Assembly: GCF_000023965.1 (NCBI RefSeq) | Contig: NC_013202.1 | Coordinates: 1,140,001-1,172,000, forward strand | Length of the DNA stretch: 32,000 nucleotides | Reading direction: 5' to 3' | Source: Halomicrobium mukohataei DSM 12286 | GTDB taxonomy: Archaea; Halobacteriota; Halobacteria; Halobacteriales; Haloarculaceae | In this document: positions 8,507 through 17,251 of the stretch, piece after piece | Layout of the letters: the number at the start of each line of letters is the position of its first letter | Position numbering within the stretch: position 1 is the stretch's first letter | Notes under the pieces: model-generated | What the model was told of the DNA's origin: nothing | The model's database searches: none | Seen by the model: the letters and a program-made list of their open reading frames with translations, nothing else | Program-made: the position numbers and the translations under genes

Positions 8507-9484
8507 ATGAGCGAATCGGACGGGCCAAAACAGGTCGACGACCCGGACTACCACAGCGAGAACCACACGGCCGCCCAGACGTGTGGCTGGACCGCCAACG
8601 CCCTGCGTGGCGAGGGGAAGTGTTACAAGTACATCTTCTACGGCATCGAGTCCCACCGCTGCATCCAGATGACCCCCGTCGTCAAGTGCAACGAGCGGTG
8701 TGTCTTCTGCTGGCGCGACCACGCGGGCCACGCCTACGAACTGGGCGACGTGCAGTGGGACGATCCGTCGGCGGTCGCCGACGCCTCGCTGGAACTCCAG
8801 AAGAGACTGCTCTCCGGGTTCGGCGGCAACGAGAAGGTCCCTCGGGAGCGCTTCGAGGAGGCGATGGAGCCCCGTCACGTCGCCATCTCGCTGGACGGCG
8901 AGCCGTCGCTGTACCCCTACCTGCCCGAACTCATCGAGGAGTTCCACGACCGGGACATCACCACCTTCCTGGTCTCCAACGGGACCAACCCCGACGTGCT
9001 CGACCGCTGTGACCCCACGCAACTGTACGTCTCCGTCGACGCGCCGGACCGCAAGACCTTCGACGACACCGTCAAGGCCGTCGAGGACAGCGCCTGGGAC
9101 TCGCTGATCGACACCCTCGACGTGCTGGCCGACAAAGACGACACCCGCACCGTGATCCGGACGACGCTCGTCAAGGGCCACAACATGCACCACCCCGCCT
9201 GGTACGCCGCGATGTGCCAGCGCGCCGACGCGGACTACGTCGAGATGAAGGCGTACATGCACGTCGGCCACTCCCGCGGGCGACTCGACCGAGAGTCGAT
9301 GCCCAGCCACGACGAGGTGCGGGCGTTCACCGAGGAGGTCGGCGGGTTCCTCCCCGAGCACGACACCATGAAGGAAGTCGAAGAGTCTCACGTGACGCTA
9401 CTGGCTCGCGAGGACGAGACCTGGGTGCCGAAACTGGAGAAGAGCAGCGAGTTTTGGGAGCGCGATCCGGTCGTGAGTTACTGA
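8507..9484 (+). CDS. taw1: 4-demethylwyosine synthase (radical SAM, TYW1/Taw1)
   Basis: Contains CGWTANALRGEGKCYKYIFYGIESHRCIQMTPVVKCNERCVFCWR, with the radical-SAM CxxxCxxC-like cluster plus upstream Cys, and the length typical of archaeal Taw1. Confidence 0.85.
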   Translation: MSESDGPKQVDDPDYHSENHTAAQTCGWTANALRGEGKCYKYIFYGIESHRCIQMTPVVKCNERCVFCWRDHAGHAYELGDVQWDDPSAVADASLELQKRLLSGFGGNEKVPRERFEEAMEPRHVAISLDGEPSLYPYLPELIEEFHDRDITTFLVSNGTNPDVLDRCDPTQLYVSVDAPDRKTFDDTVKAVEDSAWDSLIDTLDVLADKDDTRTVIRTTLVKGHNMHHPAWYAAMCQRADADYVEMKAYMHVGHSRGRLDRESMPSHDEVRAFTEEVGGFLPEHDTMKEVEESHVTLLAREDETWVPKLEKSSEFWERDPVVSY

Positions 9485-9494
9485 TACCGTCCGG

Positions 9495-10742
9495 TCAGTC
9501 CTCGCCGCCCCACTGCCACTGGGCGCGTTCGGCCTTCGTTTCGAGCGCGTCGATCCTGTCCGCGAAGCTGTCGCCGGCCTCCGGGTGTGCGTCCGAGAGC
9601 TGTTCGGCCCGGCGGAGGCGTTCGAGCGCTCGCTCGTAGTAGTCGGCGGCGTCCGCGTGTCCCTCGCCCCGTTCGTCGCCCTGAGCCGCCAGTTCGGCGG
9701 CCGCCGTCGAGAGCGCATCGACGCAGCGATCGACCACCCAGACCAGCTGGAACCGAACCATCTCCTCGGTCACGCCCCCGGCGGCCGTCCACCCGACGGC
9801 GGCGATGGCCCTGTAGCGATCGAGCGCGTCTTCCCAGGCCTCGACCCGCTCCGGGGCCGTCGCCGCATCGAGCGCGTCCTGACAGCGCTGCTCTGCGCGC
9901 TCCAGAACCGTCGCCGCGAGTTCGTCGTGCGTCTCACGGAGCGCTTCGAAGCGGTCCTCGATGGCGTCGTCGATCTCGCTGGCCCCGTCGAGTGACTCGC
10001 CGGCCGCGACCAGTGTCTCGAAGGCGGTCTCGTAGTCGCCGTCCTCGTGGGCGCTGCGAGCCGCTTCGAGTCGCGTCTCGACCTCGTCGGCCGTCGCCAC
10101 TGCACAGAGCCGGTCCAGTTCGTCTTCGACGGGCTCGATCTGTGCCCGCATCGCCGCCGTCGGCGCGTCGTCCTCCTGGGTCGCACAGTGGTAGGCCTTC
10201 GAGAGCCGGGCGCGTGCGTGCTGTCGGTGCCGGTCGACGGTTTCCGACGCCTCGATCGCCTCGCGCAGCGCGTCGAGCCCGGCCCGTGCGTCGTCGAGTG
10301 CCGTCGACAGCTCGGACCAGCACGAGCCGACGCGGTCGACGTACGCCTCGGCGGCCGCGGCCTGCTCGGCGTCGATCGGGTGGAAGACGACGGACTCCGC
10401 CGGAGTCCGGACGGTCAGTGTCGTCCGTAGCAGCCCGTCGTCGAACGTCGACTGTGTGACCCCACCCAGGGCGAGGGTCACCATCGCCGTCGTCGGCTCG
10501 TCGCCCAGCAGCGCGTACAGCCGGTGGTCCGTCACGACCACGTACGCACCGTGGCTGTCGTCGGGCTCGATGCTCGTCGTTTGCCCGTCGACCGTGTGTT
10601 CGATCGCGCTGGTGCTTGCCAGGACGTACTGTGTGGTTTCCTCGTCCCTGAGGAGCGATTCGAGCGGCCCGGCACCGAGCTCCGCGATCGTCGGTTCCCC
10701 CCGGACGGTCTCCCTCGAAAGTTCGCTGATTCGGTCGAGCAT
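9495..10742 (-). CDS. hypothetical protein (small beta-rich N-terminal domain plus long acidic helical C-terminal region)
   Basis: The ATG at 10742 (MLDRISELSRE) is where high GC and acidic composition begin. The 196 codons upstream in the track ORF are low-GC IS-derived sequence. Confidence 0.6.
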   Translation of the reverse strand: MLDRISELSRETVRGEPTIAELGAGPLESLLRDEETTQYVLASTSAIEHTVDGQTTSIEPDDSHGAYVVVTDHRLYALLGDEPTTAMVTLALGGVTQSTFDDGLLRTTLTVRTPAESVVFHPIDAEQAAAAEAYVDRVGSCWSELSTALDDARAGLDALREAIEASETVDRHRQHARARLSKAYHCATQEDDAPTAAMRAQIEPVEDELDRLCAVATADEVETRLEAARSAHEDGDYETAFETLVAAGESLDGASEIDDAIEDRFEALRETHDELAATVLERAEQRCQDALDAATAPERVEAWEDALDRYRAIAAVGWTAAGGVTEEMVRFQLVWVVDRCVDALSTAAAELAAQGDERGEGHADAADYYERALERLRRAEQLSDAHPEAGDSFADRIDALETKAERAQWQWGGED

Positions 10743-10744
10743 TG

Positions 10745-11745
10745 AGTGGCCCCCGAAGTGCAATCCCGTTGCTGTCCGATTATAACTATCGATCCGGTAG
10801 GTAAAATTCGGGATACGTTCTTGTGAGACACATTGTTGATTTTCAGAAACGACACCGAGAGCCTGTTTGAGTGCTCCGTCTCCGGTTTTCTGTAGAGTTT
10901 GCAGCAGAGCTGAAACGCCCACAGATGCGGCTTTAACTTGTCTTTGGAGATTCCTCGGTGGGCGAGAGCCACCGTCGCGCCAACGACGTGTGGCTCTCGC
11001 AAGTGTTGACGTGAATGTCGCCATCAGCGTATTCACCGTCGCATGGACGACGAATTTGCGGGTGAATTCGTTGTCGTCCTCTAGCGGTTTGTTGGCCCGA
11101 AGTCCGTCTGTGTAGACAGTCAGAGACTCCTGTTCAGGATTCGTCAGCAGGAGTCGAATAGTCGATTCATCGGCGGATTTCTCTGGCACGACGTACCGAT
11201 CATCCGAACCACAATCGACCAGCGTGAACACCGGCGGTTTGTCGCCGCTGTACGATTCCCGTCCACGCGTGGACAGGCCACGCAAGCGCGACCAGGATCG
11301 CGCTTGCACCTTTGAAGCCAGCAAAGACATACACTTCGTCGATTTCGACCGGTCCAGACAGGCTGATCGAAGGCGCGTCGAGCGCTCTGACGAAGCGCTT
11401 GATGCGACGTCTCACTGTTTTGTAGGAACAATCGAGTTCTGCCTCATCTGCCGAATACTCGTGTTAAACCGTGAGAACACGTATATCATGAAGTACCACT
11501 CTGTCAGCAAGAGCTTAGAGGTGAGCGAAGATCGTGCCGATCTTGTCGTTGAACGTCCGCCGCAATTCTTACACAAATACCGCTGATACACCCGATAGCT
11601 GCCGTTTCTTACCGTCAGATCAGAACGGTAGCGGGGCACTCGAAGCCATCACGCCAACGAACCTGTTCCAGCATTCCGCTGCAGCCGATTCCAACACGAA
11701 CCGGCTTTTGGGAACATATCGGGCACCGCTAGCGCGGTGCCCTTG
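10745..11745 (-). pseudogene. IS1595-family transposase, frameshifted remnant
   Basis: Hallmark pieces are spread over three frames of the minus strand. They are MFPK..LEQVRWRDGFECP (start codon at 11717), RNGSYRVYQRYLCKNCG (zinc ribbon), VEIDEVYV.AG.KG, KPPVFTLVDCGSDDRYVV, LTVYTDG, and HRGISKDKLKPHLWAFQL..LYRKP. No clear terminal inverted repeats were found. Confidence 0.65.
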
Positions 11746-12312
11746 CCATCTTCGACTTTCAGCACCAGCAGCTCTCGCTATCAACAATCTACTTCACAAG
11801 AGCAGTTGATGTAACAGGGCCGCCGAACGAGATGGCTCTCGTCTGCGACTGTGCGTCTACGATCGCTTTATCGAGTTTGGTTCCGACACATGTCGCATCT
11901 GCTCTGTTGAATAACGTGGTTTGCTGGACATACCAGGTCTGAGTTGGCCTGTCAGTTGGTAAGCTGCATTGTCTCAGAACGGGGATCAATCACCACTCGC
12001 CCAGAGTCCGCTATTCAACACGGCAGTCATCTCAATTATCCAAACTATATCGCATTCATCAAGAACAATACGCTTCCATTGGGGTCAACCTTTCGCGGAT
12101 CACTTCCATAACTCCCATCGGGTTCCTAGATCAAGTAGCTGGAATGGTATCTAATCAACAGATAGCAGCTGGATTGTCCACACTAGAACGGATGGAGTGA
12201 CATTTTAATGCGATCGTCAGCATTTTCTATTTGGATGTCCAATCATGTGTATGATTGAAAATGGACAGCATGGTATTAGCGTGTATGCAACTCAACGGAT
12301 AAATTTTTCGAA

Positions 12313-13233
12313 ATGAAAGAGACGAAAGAACTTATCAGGGAAGTGTTCAATTCCTTTTGGTTTGGGGCCACAAGTAGGTGGCCAGTAGGAACAAATATAT
12401 ATGAGCATGAATGGGACGTGTTAGTTATCCTTGATGCGTGTCGAGTTGATGCGCTTAAGTCGATTGAAAATGAATACAGTTGGTTAAACGGTACTGACGA
12501 GATCTGGTCAGTCGGTAGTTCTTCTCATGAATGGATGGCCAATACTTTCAGAAAAGAATATTTAAAAGATATTCGTGGTACTGGACTTATTACATCCAAC
12601 CCATTTGCAAGCCGCGTTTTCGACGATAGGAACCACCCTCCACATGACTATACCACTCTGTTTGATATTGCATCATGGAATACGGTTGAGAGGCAAGACT
12701 TTGGCTCTACAGAATGGTGTTTTGGCCATTCACATGAGTTTGAGGATAGTTTTTCCCCTCCACCCGCGGAACACATGACTGAAAGAGGTGTAATAGCAGG
12801 AAGAGAACAGAATCTGGAACGGTTGATTATTCACTATTTTCAACCCCATCGTCCGTATATTCATAATGCTGTAAAGGATGGTACACTAAGCGATATTAAT
12901 AAGTACCCATACGACTCATGCCGGAGCGGTGTGATCACTCGTTCCGAATTGTGGGATAGATATCTCGATAATCTTAGGTATGTCCTCGACAATGTTGGAG
13001 TCTTACTCCAAAATATCGATGCTGAAAAAGTAGTTATAAGTGCGGATCATGGTGAGTTATTGGGAGAGCTTGGTGAATTTGGTCATCCAGAAGGAGTACC
13101 CCATCCGAAATTGAAGAAGGTCCCCTGGGTAACAACAACTGGAAAAGATAATAAAACGATAACACCAAAAAACAATATTCAGATAAATAATAGGCCGGTT
13201 GAAGAACAGTTGGAAAACCTAGGATACTTATGA
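12313..13233 (+). CDS. alkaline-phosphatase-superfamily (sulfatase-like) protein, short form
   Basis: VLVILDACRVDAL (metal-ligand Asp region), VGSSSHEWM (nucleophile region) and ISADHGELLGE (the DHGE motif of sulfatase/phosphotransferase folds). The gene is about 35-40% GC. Confidence 0.6.
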   Translation: MKETKELIREVFNSFWFGATSRWPVGTNIYEHEWDVLVILDACRVDALKSIENEYSWLNGTDEIWSVGSSSHEWMANTFRKEYLKDIRGTGLITSNPFASRVFDDRNHPPHDYTTLFDIASWNTVERQDFGSTEWCFGHSHEFEDSFSPPPAEHMTERGVIAGREQNLERLIIHYFQPHRPYIHNAVKDGTLSDINKYPYDSCRSGVITRSELWDRYLDNLRYVLDNVGVLLQNIDAEKVVISADHGELLGELGEFGHPEGVPHPKLKKVPWVTTTGKDNKTITPKNNIQINNRPVEEQLENLGYL

Positions 13234-13327
13234 TACTGTGAAGTACACTTATCAGAAGGTACTGAGATAGCGTACATATTTCAGAATGTATGTGCGAACA
13301 AAAGGCTATATCCGTCTTGAATAAAAC

Positions 13328-14764
13328 ATGACGAACATATTGTTAATTGTGATGGACAGTGTACGAGCGAAGAATACCTCATTACACGGATATAAGAGAG
13401 AGACAACTCCTTATCTTAAACAATTCGCTAATGGAGCAACTACCTATCAAGAGGCTAAAGCTCCTGGAGTGGATAGTGCGACATCTCATACATCCATATT
13501 TACTGGTTACGATGTCCCACAACATCAAGTTGTATCGGGTGAAGATACACTCAAAACGGGCCATTCCGCGTGGGAATATCTTACGAAGGATGGCTTTGAG
13601 ACTGCGCTTTTTACGCCAAACCCATTTTTTTCCGATAGAGATATCGGTCTTGGAGAAGGGTTCGATAAGAAGTTCTTCGGAAAAGACTACGACTTGCCGT
13701 TTAGGCGGGGACTTAATCCAAGGAAATACACAAATAAAGGTGACGAGAGATGGATAGATTTCCTATATGATTCTATAAGAGAGATTCGGCCACTATCTTC
13801 GATAGGTAACGGATTAGTGATGAAAGCAGATGAAATTTCCCCACTTCTTATTGAACCGCACTATAATGATCGGCCAGCGAGTATCTTTGCATCTGAATTT
13901 ACTAAATGGGTTAAGGACCAATCGGAACCGTGGGCCGCTTGCATAAACTTCATGGATGCACATACACCGTTTTTCCCAAAAAGAAAATTTGATAATTGGT
14001 CTGAAAGATACCACTGGAAGATTCAAGACAAGATAAATCCGCCATGGGATTTTATTTCTAAGGAAGAATCCTCCTGGAAATTTGAAGCACTAACTCCCCT
14101 CTATGATGCCAGCATAAGTCAGATAGACAGCTCAATTGGAAGAATAATAAATCATCTTAAAAAGGAGGGAAAGTATGATGATACCCTTATTATCGTGACT
14201 TCCGATCATGGGGAGGCATTCAACGATCAAAGCCGAGTCAAACCCGAGCTTAACCTAGTTCACCATAGTATCGGTATTCATGAGAGTTTACTTCACGTTC
14301 CACTTGTTATTAAATACCCACACCAAAATGAGGAAAGACACGTACACAAGCCAGTATCATTGACTGACTTATATAAATTAATTAAATATCCCGGAGACGA
14401 TATTGGGATGGTTGATAGGCTACTAGATGAATCACCAATAATTTCAGCGATGCCTAGCTATCAGACTCGGTCTGATGGTATGATTGACAGGCTAGAAACA
14501 CACGCACCAAACGCATCAACTTATAAAGGTTGGGCATACGCAATCTATGAGCAAAATGGTGATGGAATTAGAAAACATATCCAATGGGAAAACAGATCTG
14601 CTCTTGTAAAAATAGATGGCACGTATTCTTTTCGTGATGGACATCCAGACAAACAGATTCTCGAACATGCTACCAAACTTCAAGATGCTGATGTGGCGAG
14701 AAAACAAACTAACGAAGTTACTGCGGACATCGAATCACGTTTAACAAACCTTGGATACAGATAA
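13328..14764 (+). CDS. sulfatase-family (alkaline phosphatase superfamily) protein
   Basis: ILLIVMDSVRAKN, DSATSHTSIFTGY at the position of the sulfatase C/S-x-P-x-R...TG signature, INFMDAHTPF, and IIVTSDHGEAF. Confidence 0.8.
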   Translation: MTNILLIVMDSVRAKNTSLHGYKRETTPYLKQFANGATTYQEAKAPGVDSATSHTSIFTGYDVPQHQVVSGEDTLKTGHSAWEYLTKDGFETALFTPNPFFSDRDIGLGEGFDKKFFGKDYDLPFRRGLNPRKYTNKGDERWIDFLYDSIREIRPLSSIGNGLVMKADEISPLLIEPHYNDRPASIFASEFTKWVKDQSEPWAACINFMDAHTPFFPKRKFDNWSERYHWKIQDKINPPWDFISKEESSWKFEALTPLYDASISQIDSSIGRIINHLKKEGKYDDTLIIVTSDHGEAFNDQSRVKPELNLVHHSIGIHESLLHVPLVIKYPHQNEERHVHKPVSLTDLYKLIKYPGDDIGMVDRLLDESPIISAMPSYQTRSDGMIDRLETHAPNASTYKGWAYAIYEQNGDGIRKHIQWENRSALVKIDGTYSFRDGHPDKQILEHATKLQDADVARKQTNEVTADIESRLTNLGYR

Positions 14765-14782
14765 TAAGTCTGTTAACCAATA

Positions 14783-16252
14783 ATGAGTGATAATAGAAAT
14801 AGCTATTTGGCAACAATACTTGAAGGAGTAGGAGTGTATACAATTGGGAAGGTACTATCAAAACTTACATATTTTATAATTAATCTCCTCCTAACTAGTC
14901 TTTTGGGTGCATCTTTGTATGGAGTGTTTTCATTTGTGAAAACCATAATCAATTTTTCTTATCGAATAGGCAATCTCGGCACACATAAATCGATCCTTCG
15001 TTTCATCCCCATGTATAGATCGAAAAAGGACCGGGACTGGATTTTCACTGTGTCACTGGCCATAAATATTTTTTCAAGTATATCAATATCAGTTTTATTA
15101 TACACTTCCGCTCCAGCCATCAATGAAATATCAATAAATCATGATTTTGGGACTGCCTGTATAAGAATATTCTCAGCTTATTTACCATTCCATATGATTA
15201 CAAATTTATTTATTGACTTTTCGCGCAGTCTCAAGAAACCCATGCTACAGGCAAAAATTCAACATATTATTGTTCCTAGCTCCCGCCTTTTAGCTGTAGG
15301 AGTTGCTTTTATGATCTCTGGTTCATTATTAGATGTAGTTTATTTATGGATGTTTTCAGGAGTATTAAGTTTCTTAGTAGCGGTCTTCATTCTGGGGAGT
15401 CATTCCGGGGTTTCTTTATCAACTACATCGGACAAAGCCTCAATAAAAAAGTTCCTCAACATATCACTTCCATTGACATTCACAGAGATTGGATCTCTCC
15501 TTACGAAGCGTGTTGATATTCTTCTTATTGGGTACTATCTAACTAGTGAAGTTGTTGGCGTGTATAATATCGCTGCAGTATTAAGTGATATATTAACTCT
15601 TCCGCTTACGGCGGTGAATCAATTATTTCCCGCTGTTTCTTCTGATCTTTATCAGCAAGGAGATCTTGATGAACTGGAGAATGTCTATAGAGCAGTCACT
15701 CGTTGGGCATTCACACTATCATTGTGGATGGGTGCCGGGCTAATAGTATTCCGTAGTGATATCCTTGGATTGTTCGGCCAGGATTTTATAATTGGTAAAA
15801 CAGTACTTCTTCTGTTTGTTATTGGTCAGGTACTGAATGCTTCCGCAGGACCAAGCGGATACTTACTTGCAATGAGTGGGAATCAATATGTTACCTTAGC
15901 TAACCAGGTCATATTAGCAATTCTTAACTTGTCATTTAATATAATTCTAATCCCAAGAGTTGGTTTTGTTGGTGCAGCAATTGCTACAGCAGCAGTTCTT
16001 GGACTTGTTAATATGATACGTGTTGTAGAAATATGGGTGTTAGAGGGGGTCCACCCATACTCAAGAGAATATTATAAACCGGTGGTTTCGTTTTTAGCGA
16101 CGGTAGTATCTCTTATTATTATTCGAAGTATTCTACCATTATTTGTCTCAATGATAGTTGGCGCTATTATCGGAACGATAATATTCTACAGCATAATATA
16201 TAGTTTGGGAATAAATGAGCTAGATAAAGAATTGATAATTAAATTGAGTTGA
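14783..16252 (+). CDS. Wzx-like oligosaccharide/polysaccharide flippase (MOP superfamily, 'polysaccharide biosynthesis protein')
   Basis: 489 aa and hydrophobic throughout, with roughly 12-14 predicted helices by eye. The layout is typical of Wzx/Agl15-type proteins, and it sits next to sugar-nucleotide genes. Confidence 0.75.
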   Translation: MSDNRNSYLATILEGVGVYTIGKVLSKLTYFIINLLLTSLLGASLYGVFSFVKTIINFSYRIGNLGTHKSILRFIPMYRSKKDRDWIFTVSLAINIFSSISISVLLYTSAPAINEISINHDFGTACIRIFSAYLPFHMITNLFIDFSRSLKKPMLQAKIQHIIVPSSRLLAVGVAFMISGSLLDVVYLWMFSGVLSFLVAVFILGSHSGVSLSTTSDKASIKKFLNISLPLTFTEIGSLLTKRVDILLIGYYLTSEVVGVYNIAAVLSDILTLPLTAVNQLFPAVSSDLYQQGDLDELENVYRAVTRWAFTLSLWMGAGLIVFRSDILGLFGQDFIIGKTVLLLFVIGQVLNASAGPSGYLLAMSGNQYVTLANQVILAILNLSFNIILIPRVGFVGAAIATAAVLGLVNMIRVVEIWVLEGVHPYSREYYKPVVSFLATVVSLIIIRSILPLFVSMIVGAIIGTIIFYSIIYSLGINELDKELIIKLS

Positions 16253-16336
16253 TTCCAATACAGACAGACTCTAGGACAGCATCAACGACGAAGTATTGGG
16301 ATTAAGACAAGCGATGAAGTCGCTGTATATAGTTCA

Positions 16337-16560
16337 TCACCTCCTCTTCTGCCGTTCACCCGTTAAGCGCTTGATTCGGTCTTTGTGGTTGTAATGGTAT
16401 CGAAACCGTCGCAACCACCGTCTCGCGCTGAATTGACTGCCCACCAGACGAATGAACGTACTCAATTCGCATCTTGCATACACCTAATTCAAGACCGCGC
16501 CGTGAATACGATCGACACCCAGTAATTCTAAGATAGCGATCGTCTACCTGATCGACGGCC
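16337..16560 (-). pseudogene. IS6-family transposase C-terminal remnant
   Basis: The minus strand reads ..VCKMRIEYVHSSGGQS.. in one frame and RRWLRRFRYHYNHKDRIKRLTGERQKRR* in another (stop at 16337-16339). These match the IS6 C-terminal pattern F.KMRI.RFHSSW.GS....WL..F..YYN..RPHQ.L.G.TP. Confidence 0.5.
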
Positions 16561-16783
16561 CTGCCGTGTGAGGGACGAACCCCAAATAGCCGAATGTGTG
16601 TCGGGGTGCACTCGTTCTACTAATGTCTGGACTGTCTGTTTCCAACGCTTCTCTGAGCGGGTCTGCAAGTGCTATGAACACCACTCGCTACAGCTAGTTC
16701 ACCTCTCAGTCCCTCAACTAGATAGTGCAGAGATAGTATATCGACCAAAAAAGGAATATGTATGCCGGAGCAAACCTTTAGTG

Positions 16784-17248
16784 ATGATAAGCGGTGTAAC
16801 CCTTCGCGACCTACAAACAAACACAGATGAACGTGGTCATCTGGTTGAGGTATACCGGGAAGACTGGGATGAGTACGATCCATCCCCACAAATGTCCTAC
16901 TACTCGATGACTTATCCCGGCGTCACACGCGCGTGGCACAAACACCACCACGGCCAGATAGATCATTTCGTCTGCCCGAAAGGACGGATTAAGGTCGGCG
17001 TCTACGACGACCGCGAGGACTCGCCATCGCAGGGCGAGCTCGATACCTTCGTTATCGGTGAGCACAACCAGAAAGTCATCCGGATTCCGGGTGAGTGTTG
17101 GCATGGATTCAAGGCTATCGGTGACGAACCGGCATTCCTCATTAACTTCCCATCAAAGCTCTACGACTACGAAAACCCTGACGAAGAACGGCTCCCATAT
17201 GATACAGACAAAATACCTTTGGACTGGGACGAAAAACCCAGCGAGTGA
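16784..17248 (+). CDS. rmlC: dTDP-4-dehydrorhamnose 3,5-epimerase
   Basis: From the ATG at 16784 the product reads MISGVTLRDLQTNTDERGHLVEVYRED...RAWHKHHHGQIDHFVCPKGRIKV...IPGECWHGF, a cupin epimerase pattern. The track start at 16568 is an implausible Cys-rich extension. Confidence 0.8.
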   Translation: MISGVTLRDLQTNTDERGHLVEVYREDWDEYDPSPQMSYYSMTYPGVTRAWHKHHHGQIDHFVCPKGRIKVGVYDDREDSPSQGELDTFVIGEHNQKVIRIPGECWHGFKAIGDEPAFLINFPSKLYDYENPDEERLPYDTDKIPLDWDEKPSE

Positions 17249-17251
17249 CCA

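Noticed and set aside
10743-10810. Terminal inverted repeats or att-type direct repeats marking the island or IS1595 ends
   Set aside because: I found only weak, gapped resemblances by eye (for example CGAAGTGCAA versus CGAAGATGGCAA, and GGCCC..AGTG at both island edges). These are not enough to call.
11721-11742. 9-bp perfect hairpin GGGCACCGC-TAGC-GCGGTGCCC just upstream of the IS1595 transposase start, considered as a regulatory or terminal structure
   Set aside because: It is real as a palindrome, but it is isolated with no partner at the other IS end and no T-tract, so I cannot assign a function.
16568-16783. Upstream 72 codons of the rmlC ORF
   Set aside because: The Cys-rich, non-acidic translation is unlike RmlC N-termini. 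Epimerase similarity begins at MISGVTLRDL (16784), and the upstream DNA is contiguous with the IS6 remnant region.
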